A DNA stretch of 64,000 bases from Eledone cirrhosa (Eukaryota): positions 238,080,001 through 238,144,000 of the forward strand of contig OZ024743.1 of NCBI GenBank assembly GCA_964016885.1. Direction: 5' to 3'. Shown here in pieces: positions 11,872-27,040 of the stretch. Each line of letters starts with the position of its first letter. Position 1 is the first letter of the stretch. A program made the translations under genes and the position numbers. The notes under the pieces were generated by a model. It was not told the DNA's origin. It was given only the letters and a program-made list of their open reading frames with translations, and searched no databases.

Positions 11872-14224
11872 TAATACCGCAAATTAAAGAATTATCTTAT
11901 TTAAAATTATGGAAAGGAACTAATGAAGTTATCGAATGGTTTAAGGAAATTAAATCTAACTATAATAATAACTTTATTCAATTGGATATTGCTAATTATT
12001 ACTCATCCATCACTCCTAATCTACTTAACAAAGCACTAACATATGCATTTAAACATACAGACTTAACTAGTAATGAAATGCACATTATCTTAACGGCACG
12101 GAAAACATTAATAGAATTTAACAACCAACTCTGGACTAGAGCAGATAGAAACAATAATTTCGATATCACTATGGGATCATCCGATTCCGCTCAGGTAACG
12201 GATCTTGTGGGTCTCTTTATAAATAATTCTCTACATAGAAAAATACCTGAGATGACCGGAGGTTTATATCGTGACGACATGCTTTTACTTATCGAAAATA
12301 ATAACTGTGAATTAAATAGGAAAAGAAAAGAAATTATACAATTTTTTAATTACCTTAATCTAAAAGTAGAAATAGAGAATAACCATAAAATAGTTAATTT
12401 TCTAGATGTAACATTAAACCTTAACACATGTCTCCATTATCCTTTTCACAAACTAAACGAGAACTTAAACTACGTTAATTTTAACTCTAATCACCCCAGA
12501 TCCGTTAAAAATACTATAGTGAATTCTGTACAGCAACGCATTTCTAGAATTTCAGCTAATAGGAATATATTTGATGATAAAGCACATTATTACAACGAAG
12601 CCTTAGGTAGAGCTGGATATAGAAATAAAATTAAATACATTGATAATAATAATATGACAACTAACCATAATCCTAACAATTTTAACAACTATAATAGAAA
12701 ACCTTACAATAATTCGGAAAACAAAAAAAGAAATAGAACTAGGAATATATTATGGTTCGCTCCTCCTTTCTCATTAAATATTAAAACTCCTATTGCTAAA
12801 CTATTTTTTAAAGCTCTTGACAAATGCTTCCCTAGAACATAGAGATATTACTCAATTTTTAATAGACATACTATAAAATTAACTTATTCATCCACCAAAG
12901 ATTTAGCGCAGAATATTAATAGAATTAATAATAGAAATTTAAAACCTAACCAAAATACCACTAATAACCCCAGAAATATCCAATTTGATAAATGTAACTG
13001 TAGAAATAAATCTAATTGTCCGTTAAATAACAATTGCTTAGCTAAAAATATAGTATATAATTGTAATGTAATAACTAATTTAAATTCATTTAATTATGTA
13101 GGATCTACTTCCACAGATTTTAAAGCTCTTTTACGCATTTAAACAAACAATCTTCAACTTCTCTATCTAGCTTATTATGGGACCTCAAATTAAAGAACGT
13201 TAAATATTCGTTAGTTTGGAATATTATTTCAAAAGCTACTCCTTTTAATTCCTCTTCAGAAAATTGTAATCTTTGAATAGAGGAAATATTCTTTATATTA
13301 AAAAGCAAAAATTCCCTAAATGTAAGAAGCAATCTATTCAGTTGCTGCAGACATAGATTGAATTCAACGTTTAAATTTAATTTAAAATGTTATATATAAT
13401 TAATTCTATTAATATATTGAACCTATCGATAAATCATTAGATTCCTTCATTTGACTGCTTAAACTCTGAAATATAAACATTTTTTCCTAGTAAATTTTTC
13501 TATCGAACGTGTATCGAACGTATGGATGTGTAAGTGTGCGTGTGTATATAAGCATGTATATCTTTGCGTTTCTTTTGTGAGATATACGTGTGTGTGTATG
13601 TATGTACCTTTTTTGTCTTCTTTTCTTTAATTTTTTCTTCCTAAATTATTGTTCCATTTTTATAAATATATCGAGATTGATACTTTCCTTTAATTATTAC
13701 ACCCCCTTGCCTCTTTTACTTCCGCATCTAAGTGTACGTGTGTGTAGGTGTGCGTATGCGCGTGCCTTCATATTCTTATGATGTATCTATTCTGTCTGTA
13801 GATTACAGACATACAGATACATTTGCCCTAAATTATATATTTACGCACACTTTTTCACTATACGTATACATATGTGCATACACATATATGCACATCTGTG
13901 AGCGTATATACATACATATACATACACCTAACTATATTTCTTGATAGATTATTATATATTTCATATTCTAATTCATTTGTCTATATCTTTTTTTTTTTTT
14001 TTTGCTTTTCTTGATGAGACTTTCCAAGTATTTACCCATGTTTTATATTGCCTCGTCTGACGAACGAATGAAGACGTTTCTTTCGTATTCGCCTCATTCG
14101 GGAAACCTCTGGTAATGAGGTAATTATATTGTATTGATTTTTATACATTAAATTTTGCTCTGATACTTACATAGAGCACTCTTCACTTCTATGACCTTTT
14201 CTGTTTTCAACGAAAATTTCAATA

Positions 14225-14227
<3 letters not shown>
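11872..14227 (+). mobile_element. Penelope-like element, 5'-truncated (RT + GIY-YIG, pLTR with hammerhead)
   Basis: ORF 11982-12842 has PLE RT motifs (MGSSDSAQVTDLVGL, GGLYRDD, NFLDVTLNL, SNHP); downstream CNCRNKSNCPL linker and IVYNC...YVGST GIY-YIG with stops; ends in (TA)n. Confidence 0.88.
14051..14120 (+). ncRNA. Minimal type I hammerhead ribozyme motif (Penelope pLTR)
   Basis: cctcgt-CTGACGA-a[cgaatga..tcattcg]g-GAAA-cc tct gg-TA-atgagg: stem I and stem II pair, stem III is short; the base of stem II is mismatched. Confidence 0.75.
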
Positions 14228-14286
<59 letters not shown>

Positions 14287-14833
14287 TTCTAATATTGACT
14301 ATTGTGATGTTCGAAGGACCTGTGATTTCCCCTATGAACCCATAGTTAGGGCAGATACGACATATGACTCTAAGTCATGTGAAATTAATTTGCCTTACCT
14401 GCCTCCTATGGTGCATAGTGCATGTATCATTTAATTACTTCTGTGTGCATTCACTTGCCTCTGTTTCTTGTTTGATACTCTATAACTCTAAGTCATGGAA
14501 AACTAACTCACCTGTCTTCTATAGATGACCAATGCATACCTTCTTTTGTTGCTTTTGTGTGCATTTACATGCCTCAATTTGTTTTTCTTTCTTTTTTAAT
14601 TATCTTTAATTGCTTTTAATTGCTTTTGTGTATCTTCACATGCCTCAGTTTCTTGTGAGAAAATCTGCTTGTATTCTCATATGTTGCTATAATGTTGACT
14701 AACAACCCCATTACTCATTCTCTTCATCCTTCTCATCTCCAATCTCCCTCTTATTATCCTGTACTGTATCTCTACTGTTCTGGTCACTAAGCTTGGTCGA
14801 GCCTATATTCAACATTATATTTTTTGTTTATAA

Positions 14834-14880
14834 CGCTCTGATGATTCCTGCCCCACGGTATCGATGAAACATTGTCAGCG
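14834..14880 (+). ncRNA. Minimal hammerhead ribozyme motif (second pLTR remnant)
   Basis: cgct-CTGATGA-...-GAAA-cattg-TC-agcg; perfect 4-bp stem I, degenerate stem II; followed ~45 nt later by (TA)n. Confidence 0.6.
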
Positions 14881-14937
14881 AATAACAATTGTTTGAGTAT
14901 ATAGGCGTTCTTTGATTTCTTTTATCTATATATATAT

Positions 14938-16191
14938 CATCATCATCATCACCATTTTACGTCCATTCTTCCACGCTAGCATGGGTTAGACGGGTTGTCC
15001 TGTTGTGGGCAGTCTCCGGTCGGCTGACCTTGTCTTGCTCATACGGGAACTGATTCTGGCTTGATTTCTACAGCTGGATGCCCTTCCTAACACCAACCTC
15101 ATTTACAGTGAGTGCTGGGTGCTTTTTTTCCATGGCGCCTACACGTCCACTTTACAGTGTGGGCTGGGTGCTTTTTTGTCATGGCACCTCCACGAGCACT
15201 TTTCAGTGGGAGGATGTGGGGGCATATTGTCTATATGCTTTAGCTTCGGCTTGTACCCGTGGGGGGTCGGGTCTTCTGTATTACGCCAGACGTCACGGTC
15301 GTGTGTCATCGCCTTTGAGAGGTGTAATTGGGTAAGGTCGGCTTTTATCACCTCATCCCAGGTCTTCTTGCGTCTCCCCACTCCGCGGTATCCTTCGACT
15401 TCTACTGCTCTGCACCTTTTTATGCAGCTGTCATCCTTCATACGCATCACATGTCCATACCAACGCAACCGCCTCTCCTACACACAACCTTTGCCATGTA
15501 TAGGGGAGCAATCAGCAAAGTTAGGATTAGGAATGAGTATAGCAAGGATTTTAGCCTACAGGTCGGTGTCCACCAGGGCTCCGTTCTTAGCTCTCTCCTG
15601 TTCATCATAGTCCTGCAGTCAATAACGGAGAAGTTTAAGACCGGATGCCCATGGGAACTCCTGTATGCAGATGACCTCGCACTTATAGCTGAATCTATGG
15701 TAGAACCAGAGAAGAAATTCCAAACTTGGAAGCAGGGACTAGAAAGAAAGGGTCTCAAAGTCAACCTGACAAAGACTAAGGTCCTTGTAAGTAGACGAGA
15801 AAACAGGACCCAGATCCCATCAGGGAAATGGCCTTGCTCAGTATGTCGGAACTCCATTCTCTGCCCCAAATGCAAACAATGGGTACATAAGAGATGTAGC
15901 GGGATCTCAGGAAGCTTAACTAAGAATGTAGCCTTCACATGTAGCAGCTGTGCTGGGACAGCAAGCTGCAAACAGCCACAGGAAACAAGTACCACCAAAC
16001 TCTGGGAGGGCTCTGCAGAAACAGTAGACAGCTTCTGCTATCTAGGTGACCGAATTAGCAGCGGAGGTGGGTGTTCAGAAAGTACAATAACTAGGGTAAG
16101 AAGGGGATGGAAGAAGTTCAGGGATCTACTGCCACTGCTAGCTGCAAAAGGCTTTTCCCTCAAAATGAAAGGCAGACTGTATGATGCGTGT

Positions 16192-16240
<49 letters not shown>

Positions 16241-16665
16241 CCGTTTTATGTCCGTTCTTCCACGCTAGCATGGGTTAGAAGGGTTGTCCTGTTGTAGGCA
16301 GTGTCTGGTCGGCTGACCATGCCTTGCTCATACAGGAACTGATTTGGCTTGATTTCTACAGTTAAATGCCCTTCCTAACACCAACCTCATTCACAGTGAG
16401 TGCTGGGTGCTTTTTCGTGGCGCCTACACGTCCACTTTACAGTGTGGGCTGGGTGGTTTTTTGCCGTGCCACCTCTACGACCACCTTGCGGTAGGGGTGT
16501 GGGGGCTTATTGTCTATATGCTTCAGATTGTACCCATGGGAGGTCGGGTTACATGGTAGTGAGACCTGGGCGCTGTCTGTGGAAGACTTGTGTAAATTAG
16601 AAAGAAACGAAGCCAGCATGCACCGATGGGTGTGTAATAGTAATATACACGAACGGCAAAGCATA
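14938..16665 (-). mobile_element. RTE LINE with a 5' inversion and a nested second 3' end
   Basis: 14938-15490 on - (GAT tail, RLRWYGHVMRM); 15491-16190 and ~16550-16665 on + (QVGVHQGSVLS, LYADDL, HGSETWAL); a second 3' end on - at 16191-~16550. Confidence 0.8.
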
Positions 16666-17142
16666 AATAATTATTTATATATATAGATATATATCTTTAT
16701 GTTTCCTTAGGATAGAAAGGAAATTGTTTATAAGATATTTCAAATACAAATATTAAAATGAGCTCATTTAATTTTGCTTTCAAAACTTATTTATTACAAG
16801 TAGGAACAGCACCTGCCTTCCAGGAAAATTTCTGCTAATATATATGTTACCAGCAAAGAGGGAATATCCAGGCATTATGTATTCTGTACAATATATAAGC
16901 TTTGCACAATGCTTGTAACATATATAATGTATGAGTATGAACTCACACTAACATATTTGAATGTGAATTTCATTTAATTTTGTTTACCAGTATTTATTTC
17001 CTAGAGGGCAGACACACAGACACTGGTTTTTAAATGGAGATAAAATATAAGTATTTATGAATTTAGAAAAAACTGGGATTTTTTTTATATATTCAAGAGA
17101 TTATTGCTCTTTTTTTTTATGATAACATTTCATTTACATACA

Positions 17143-17350
17143 TTATCTTCTGTTTACATCTTCAAGGGTTTGAGGTAAATCTTTATCTTTCGTTTCTGGT
17201 AGTAATAGCAACAATAAACCAGATATCACAGACAAAAGACCATAGAGGCTTAGAGGAAGCCATGAAACATAGAATGATAGTTGAAGTATAAAATGGGCAC
17301 AGATACCACCGATACGGGCACACATAGAAGATATGCCTAAACCATTTGTT
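17143..17350 (-). CDS. SLC22-family transporter, terminal coding exon
   Basis: ttttcag| acceptor; (R)TNGLGISSMCARIGGICAHFI...LLLPETKDKDLPQTLEDVNRR*, with the ARIGG and LPETK motifs. Confidence 0.9.
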
Positions 17351-17429
17351 CTGAAAAACAAAAACGATTTGTTACTTTACATATATTTCTGTTAGAATTT
17401 GACTAATATGTGTTTGTTGTAAGTATTTC

Positions 17430-17765
17430 AATTATATATCTGACACCACCCTTTCTCTGTAAAGTTATGTTGGTACCACAACATCCAGTCCAAAATAAAT
17501 AAGGTCGTGTAGGTTTCACGACAAAAAAAACACACAGTCCACACTGTAATGTGACCGTGTAGGTAACACGGTAAAAACCTCCCAGTCCACACTGTGAACG
17601 TGGTTGGTGTTAGGAAGGGCATCCAGCCGTACGAACCTGCCAGACAGTCCTATACTAGCGAGACACGGTCACCCGACCAATCTTGCCTCAAGTGGGACAA
17701 TTCACGTCTAAACCCATGCTAGCGTAGAAGATAGATGTTAAACGATGATGATGATGATGGTGGTG
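17430..17765 (+). mobile_element. RTE 3' UTR fragment in an intron
   Basis: GGTTGGTGTTAGGAAGGGCATCCAGCC module and (GAT)n tail. Confidence 0.75.
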
Positions 17766-17804
17766 AAACTTTCATTACTTATGATTAACTGAACGTCTCT
17801 TCTA

Positions 17805-18135
17805 CATACATTGTATACACCTCATTCTACACACCTCATTCTACACACCTCATTCTACACACCTCACTCTATACACATCAATCTACACACTGCAATCAAT
17901 ACAACGCATTATATATTCCTCAGTCTACACACCACATTATGTATATAGACCTCATTCAACACACCACAATCTACACACTTCATTATGTATACAACTATTT
18001 CCACACCACATTATATACACCTCATTCTATAAAGCACAATCTACACACCTCAATATATACACACATTAATCTACCCATTAATCTACCCATTAATCTACCC
18101 ATTAATCTACCCATATACTACAATCTACACACTCA
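17805..18135. repeat. Short tandem repeats (ACACCTCATTCTAC; CATTAATCTACC)
   Basis: 14-bp and 12-bp units visible directly. Confidence 0.75.
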
Positions 18136-18211
18136 ATCTATTTGTTACTTTATGGACTTTGGCAAATCAAAAATTCTTGGATTTTTACAAAGATGTCTCA
18201 ACAAAACTTAC

Positions 18212-18320
18212 CGAACTACTGTTGGAAATATTTCTGCTGTTAACAGATAAATTGAACCATAAGCTGCAGAGATTCCAAATTTTCCCAGAATAACCAGGAT
18301 CAGAGGAAACCAATATGAAC
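18212..18320 (-). CDS. SLC22-family transporter, penultimate coding exon
   Basis: ttttag| ... |gtaagt; (G)SYWFPLILVILGKFGISAAYGSIYLLTAEIFPTVV(R) with the E.FPT..R motif; phases match both neighbouring exons. Confidence 0.92.
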
Positions 18321-19574
18321 CTAAAACATAATTAAATCAAAACATATTGCAGCAGATGCCTCAGTCCTCCTCCTTCTCCTCCTCCTCATATATACATTAC
18401 ATTACAGGTGAATATCTAATAGGTAAAATTTACACCACAGCATGCCCCCCCCCCTTCCTCACCAGACATACTAAATCATCCATGATCCAATTCCTCTCTG
18501 TCACAAAAAATTAAACACATCACATACACATTCGCATATACACATACACACAACATGATAGAATGTTAACAGAGGTTTCAGCCTTACAAAATCACATTGC
18601 ACGCCAATTAACACACATACAATTAAACATTTGTTTGTGTGTTCAGACTTTAATTATTGCGAAGTTTTTAAAAGGGACTTAAATATTTGCAAAATAAATT
18701 GCCCGCTAGATTACACACAGTTATAAATATATTCCATCAGAAGATATCGACATTGGCCCCTCAAGGGTAAACAATCTACAATCTCTGTTCGTAACGAACT
18801 CCTTTAAAGTCTTCAAATTTTCTTTAGATAATTATCTTACAACTCAAGTTACTCACATATACATACAGATCAGCTTATAAATTAAGTTATGCAGATATTA
18901 CACACACACATGTTTCAAAGAGAAATTCGGAACTCTGGAATTACTTCCCTTGTTCTCAAAAACGAGCTCTCTACTATATTAAAAGTAAATTTAGTGAGCT
19001 AATGTTTCTTTTCGTAATTTTGTCCTTGCACCCAATGAAAAGCCAGTATTGAAATGGTTCCTCCACTATACAGTAGTGGCCATAAATTGACCCTGAAACC
19101 TAAGGTCATGCATATATGTTAAGTGTATTAAATTTTAATTATCCTAAATAAGCTATCTTCCAAATAAATTGAGCATTATTTTAATTGGCCTTTTATCTAT
19201 GGATATCCTGCACACACACATACACACACACACACACACACCCACACCCACACTCACACCCACACCCATACATATGTATGTATCTATGTATTTATGTATA
19301 CAAGCTCCTACATAAATTGGTATAATTTCACCCAAATTGTAGGAGTCCTATAATGAAACGAGACGTCCGCCTGGGAAGAGATATATTAGATATATCTCAT
19401 ATGAAATAATACAGCCAATTTTCCACGCAATACTTTTAGTTAGCACCCCGAACGCATATTTGGGAATATAATCACTTATTTCCTAATGTTTGTTGAGTGA
19501 GTTGGAATTTGGCCGGAGTATCGCTAAAAAGCTTTCTCCGATATTGTATTTATTTATGTATATATGTATATTAC

Positions 19575-19789
19575 CTTTGGGTACAAAATTGGAGATGATG
19601 CAGTTTAATCCACTAAACATCATGAAAAAACTAATGGGTTTTCGATGGTCAAAACCAATAAATAAAAGGTAACTACATAAATAGCATGGTATCTCCACCG
19701 CCATCACCAGTAGGAAGTTTATGTATCGGTTTCCAGCCATGTCAACAGCATTAATTGTTGTTCCATAGTACAGCATACTCATTACTATC
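19575..19789 (-). CDS. SLC22-family transporter, internal exon
   Basis: ttttacag| ... |gtaata; (W)IVMSMLYYGTTINAVDMAGNRYINFLLVMAVEIPCY...NFVPK(G), with the YYG, GNRY.NF and VEIP motifs. Confidence 0.92.
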
Positions 19790-20309
19790 CTGTAAAACAA
19801 CAACAGCAACAACATTAAACAAACAACTATATATTGTTTACGCCTGAATTGTAGACATGTCATGCAGTAGGCTATTATATATATATAGTAGCAGAATGGC
19901 CCGATGTTGCTCTGGATTCTAAACATAGATTGGCATGTTTATCCCTCCTTTCTGAAATAGTACAGAGAAGTACGGAATACCTCGGCCTTGGGGTGGTGTC
20001 TACATTTTGTGCTTATAAAAAGAATTCGTCGTAGATTAACAGGGTTTTTTTCCGTGCGAAGAAAATCAATACTTTATGGCGAAATAAATACTTTTGTTTA
20101 TATTATATATCTGTACATGAATATATAATTATATATATGTATATATCAAAATAACAGATTAAAGTTTAAGCAAAGGATCGCTGCTTTCACCCTTAACGGG
20201 ATCTTCTGAAACTAAAAAAACCAATCTGTGAACGCAGAAGTAAATATTTCGAAAACATTACACGCTATATATATATATACACACTATATATATACACACA
20301 CACACAGAT

Positions 20310-20627
20310 AGCGTCATAATGTCGTAATGCAGACAGCCAGACTTACAGACAGATATTATAAGGGCGCAACGTTATATCTATGTATCTATCTAAAAAGAAA
20401 GACTAAGAATTATAGAGAGAGATCGCTAAATCACCTAATGCAGTGCCTAGGGCATTGAAAATTTGAAATATGTTTTGCTCAAAACACCCACAGGACCATA
20501 AGTATTACATGTGTAAAGTTTGAAAACAATCTGTTAGGTGGTTCTCGAGTTTTAGGGAGTCAGACAGACAGACACACAGTCAGACAGACATTCTCTGTTT
20601 TTATATATATATATATACACATATAGA
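20310..20627 (-). mobile_element. Helitron 5' fragment (same family as 6755-8369)
   Basis: Reverse-complement similarity to 6755-7010. Confidence 0.65.
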
Positions 20628-20717
20628 TGTGTAAAATCCCAACCGCGATGCCACTCTACATCTCCCCATGTAACGAGTACCAACATGATCAGTGGTCTCC
20701 TTGGTCTCAGCACCGCA

Positions 20718-20842
<125 letters not shown>

Positions 20843-21752
20843 ATAAAAGTGATGAAGATCGCTGGTATTAAGTCAACGTTCTCCAGCCAACGTCTAGCTC
20901 AGTCAATGAATCTGCTAAATTGCAGTAATGCAGCTGCAATCAGCTGTTGAGAGTACACACATTTAGTTAATAGCAGATACGGTGGCTGTATTTTGGTAGA
21001 GAGAATGGTAAAATATAGGCAATATGCATATACAATATCTATTGATATGTATCTATCATCTCTGAATTATAGTCATGTCCCGCAGTAGGTTGTTATATAT
21101 ATTCCAAATGAACAACATTTCTTCAATAGTGGGCATATCAAAAATCAAAAACAAAAACTGTTTACATTTTCAGCACCTGCCTGACGAAACTACATTAAAT
21201 AACTATTACCCAATGACATTTTAATGCCTTTGAAATATGCATAATGAAGTAGAAAATGTAAAATCGTCTTTTCTTACTAAATATTGACAATCCGTTTGAT
21301 ACTATATACGTAATACCTTTATAGATACCTCTGACGTTGAGTGCTTATTTTGATTACACTATAATTAATTGATTGTTTAGATCAACCATCATGGATTATT
21401 GAACTGAAACACACACATATATATGTATCATATATATCACATGTCCTTTATTACAATGCTATATACACATACATATATCCATATATCATTATCATCAGCT
21501 TTCATCACTGTTTAACATCTGTTTCCTATGGCTGCATGTGTTAGATGGGTTATCACATTATGAGGCTTGACAGATCAGGGGACCACATCTTGCTCATAGA
21601 TTGTTTTGTGCTTGGTTTTCTACAGCTAGATATCCTTCCTAGAGCTGACCACTTAACATCATATACTGGGACCTTTTTTTGTGGCTCCAGTACACAAATA
21701 CACACACAAAAACAAACACACACATACGCGCACACGCGCACACACACGCACA

Positions 21753-21916
<164 letters not shown>

Positions 21917-22515
21917 ACACATGTTTTCAACCTTCCAGCTTACTCTTTCTCATAACCTTACTCTTTCTTGATGAAGGACTAACATCCAATATGTTGAATC
22001 ATTCTTCATCCTTTTCCTGTAAGCATGAAACTAATAAGACTTTGTGTAATTGTATTTTTGTGTCTGTTTCCTTTTTTGAAATCTTGAATTATATATATTC
22101 AATAAAGAAACAAGATTATTGTTGAAATTAAATCATATATTAATTTTACATATGTTTCACTTACAATAAACAAAGTCAAGTGAGAGATATGTAAATAATA
22201 CATTGACAGAGAGTTATACTTGTCAGCTCTACAGTAATGAAATCTATATATAAATTTCTGCGATTCTGTCTCAACAGGTAGAGAGGAGTAGTTTGACTAC
22301 CTCATACTACTCCTCTCTCTTTATGTTTGCTGTGTGAATGTATGTGTGTGTAAAAAGAAGGAAGGAGATGGTGAAAAAACGTGTGTTTCTGTAAATGTAT
22401 GTGTGGTTTGTGTAAATGTATGTGTGTGTTTGTGTGAATGTATGTGTGTGTTTGTGTGAATGTATGTGTGTGTTTTATGTGAATGTATGTCCGTGAGTGT
22501 GTTTTTTTTTGTAAG

Positions 22516-22685
22516 TATGTCTGTGTTTGCGTATTTATATATTTATACATGTCTGTGTTTGCGTATTTATATATTTATACATGTCTGTGTTTGCGTATTT
22601 ATATATTTATACATGTCTGTGTTTGCGTATTTATATATTTATACATGTCTGTGTTTGCGTATTTATATATTTATTTGCGTATTTA
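22516..22685. repeat. 32-bp minisatellite (~5 copies)
   Basis: TGTCTGTGTTTGCGTATTTATATATTTATACA repeated; only one copy in the left arm. Confidence 0.85.
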
Positions 22686-24570
22686 TATTTATATACTTAT
22701 GTCAGCATTTATATTACTCTATATTTATTATTGTATTTCCACGGTAAACACTTTATCTCACATAATTATCTCACATAATGTCGAATATACAGGAATTTGA
22801 TATTATTTATTTTGAGAGCAATATCTTACATATATATGAATAGCCATTTACAGCCAGTTTGAACAGAAAAAGGTGAGAGAATTCTGGCCAGATACGGCTG
22901 GTTTTAATTGCTAAAGAGTTAAGGTCAGCAGTTTCCTAGTTTTATGTCCATACGGTGGAGTTCCTTCAAATTCCAATTGATTAAGACTATACTGGACACC
23001 AGGCACAGCTAGGGAGTTTATAGCTTCAATTCTATTCTGGACCATTTTAACACGTATAATATTCTTTCCTGATTTTGTTTTTCATTGACCATGCTGAATC
23101 CCTTTTCCTTCATTTACACCAAGATACTTAATGAAATCTCCCTTGATCCAGATCCATGATAGCAGTGTCATTATTAAATTGGGTTGAGGTAGGTAATAGC
23201 TGTCAATTTATCGTGTTTAAATGTAGCATTTGCACACTTATAGGTGGGCAAAGGAGGAGGACTCGAATTTTTAATGTGATATAGATATAATGTTGTTCAG
23301 TAATTTTCAAGAATGTCTTGCTAATTTAAAAGTTTATAGTACGTTTACAGACATTGCAAACATATGCTAATAAAGAGTAGTTTTTTATGTGATGCATTCA
23401 TAGTGTTGTTTTGTATTTTTCAATAATGCCTTGTTAATGTGGTTTCATGTGGTGTAAGATATTAAGCGTTAACCCTTTAGTTACCAACCCCGCTTTGGTT
23501 CTATAAAATAAAATCACCCATTTTAAAGGTTTCCAATTTAAACTAAAATCTTCCATATAAGAACCTTGCATTACGTTACTATCTTAGTAATGAAATAATT
23601 AATAATTTTAGTAAATCCCTCAAAATTCTTCATAAATTAATTAATTAAAATAGAGTGTATTTCATTAGAAACAGTCATGAAAGAATTAATTATTCCTTTC
23701 TAAACTCTATATAAAATATCTGGTTAAAAAAAACTTTAACTTAATCATAACCTCATTCTTGAGCCTGCACTACAAAAAACCCTACTCATAATTGTACATA
23801 ACTTAAATTTAAAGAATCAACTGACCCAAAACATACTTTCAGCTTCACCCTTTAGCATTTACATTACTCTATATTTACTATAGTATTTTTTGGGTAAAGG
23901 CTTTATTTTACATAATTATCTTACATAATATTGAATCTATGAGATTTTTATGATTTTATTTATTTTTGAGAAGAATACCTTAACGTCGATATGAGGGGCC
24001 GTTTACGACCAGTTTGAAGAGAAGGGGGAGATAATTCTAGCCGGATATGGACAGTTTAAATGCTAAAGGGTTAAAAGTTTAATCTTTATTTATCTGTCTT
24101 CTCACAAAATAATCCAATACTAACTACTAATGCTACAACTAATTTTAGAAGAAAAATTTAATATATCTGCTTATATCACTAAAGCTTAATAGTCTTTTAA
24201 ATTTTATTCTTGTTACATTTTTTATTCTTTACCTCTGTGGCTATACTGGGACATTGCATTCAGGGGTTTATTTCATTATAACTACAGCCACCACTTGCAA
24301 ACAAGTATGACTTGGTAGTATGAACCATGCTTTTGCTGAAGGTTTTAGGTGCTTGTACAGTGATGGCAGACACAAACAGCCTCTTGATCTTCCATTCTTT
24401 GACCTAGTAGATCAGAGGTTCTCAAACATTTTGTCACACCCTCACAGCCTATACACAAATTGTAAATAATATATAATAAATAATATCGTTAATTTATATA
24501 TATTAAATAATATATTATATACTTTGTATGAATAAATATATATATTTTTATTTACTATATTTATATATAA

Positions 24571-25744
<1,174 letters not shown>

Positions 25745-26080
25745 CTGAAAGTGACTGGATGGGAGAAGTGATAGAAATGGATGTGATAGGAAACTGAGGA
25801 AGGGGAAGACCAGGAAAGATATGGCTGAAGACAATAGAGGAGGAAAAGAAGACCAGGGGATTAGTGAGAGGGAGTGCAGTCAATAAGGAAAAAATGGAGA
25901 AGCTTGTCATGGGGCCTGCAAGGCTAACCCCTACTTTAGCAGAAAAAATGACCTTAACCCATTAGCAATTCTCTCACCTCTTTCTGTTCAAACCAACTGT
26001 AACTGGCCGATCATACTGATGTCAAGGTATTGTTCTCAAAATAACTATCAAAATCTCATGGATTCAGTATTATGTGAGAT

Positions 26081-27040
26081 AATAATAATAATAATAATAA
26101 TAATGAATTTATTGTGTAAAGTGCTCAGGTGCACTACAACTCGTCAAAGGTGCATGTATAGTACATAGAATAATACACAAATGTCAGGGAAGTGAATAGT
26201 GTATGAGTCATGATATACATGTGTGTATGTGTATGGAGGGGGAAGATTAGGTGTAGTGTTGGCGAATCTCAGGAAGCATGGAGGTTTTAAAGGATGCGGT
26301 GTCTCAGGAGCTAACAACTGATGCAGGTAGTTTGTTCCATGCTTCAGCAACTCTGAGCGTGAAATATGTTTCCGAAAGTCATGGGAACTGTGCTGTTTTC
26401 TTTCGGCATTTTTCTTTGGACTTTGTGGGCATGCCCACGTGTGTTAGACACATGGAAATCAAAAAGGTACTCAGGGTTGTTATTGGCAAGATGGTTAATA
26501 ATCTTGTGGGTGTTTACCAAGTCAGCTGCCAGGCGTCGGAGCTTCAATGTATCCATGCCCAGGGAAGCAAGGCGTTCAGAGTATGGTAGATGCCTAATGG
26601 AGGGTATTCGTTTGGTTGCACGTCTCTGAACAGTTTCCAGGTGGTCAATGTTCTGAGCAAGATAGGGGTTCCAGACTGGTGATGTAAATTCTAAGTGTGG
26701 CCGCACCATAGCCATGTACAGCCTTAAATAGATATCTGGAGAGCGGCTGACAAAGGTCTTGCTGAGTGATGCTAAGATACCCTCGGCCCTCTTGACAATT
26801 TTAGAGACGTGCTTCGTCCAACGCAAATCGCTGCTGACCGTAATGCCCAGGTCACGTTCACAAGAAGACTTCTTGATATTAGTGTTGTGGAGAGAGTATG
26901 TGGACGCTGGGTTTTTACTCCCAAAATGCATGGTGGTGCACTTGTTCACAACTAGCTTGAGTTGCCAGTCTGAGATCCATTGTTGCATTGTGTCCAGGTC
27001 AGACTGCAAGCAAGATCTATAGTGTTCAGGATCTGTCCTT
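26081..27040 (-). mobile_element. CR1-clade LINE, 5'-truncated, inserted in a piggyBac-like MITE
   Basis: ORF 26344-27009: QSDLDTMQQW..WQL, ERDLGI, VRPHLEF..PVWNP, LETVQRRATK; AATAAA plus (ATT)n tail; near-TSD TTATGTGAG(A/G)TAA on both sides. Confidence 0.88.

Noticed and set aside
21165-21200. CTGACGAAAC as a hammerhead core (mirror at ~10850)
   Set aside because: Stems I-III cannot be built around it.
22516-22685. 32-bp repeats resembling a CRISPR array
   Set aside because: No spacers, no cas genes, eukaryotic context; an ordinary minisatellite.
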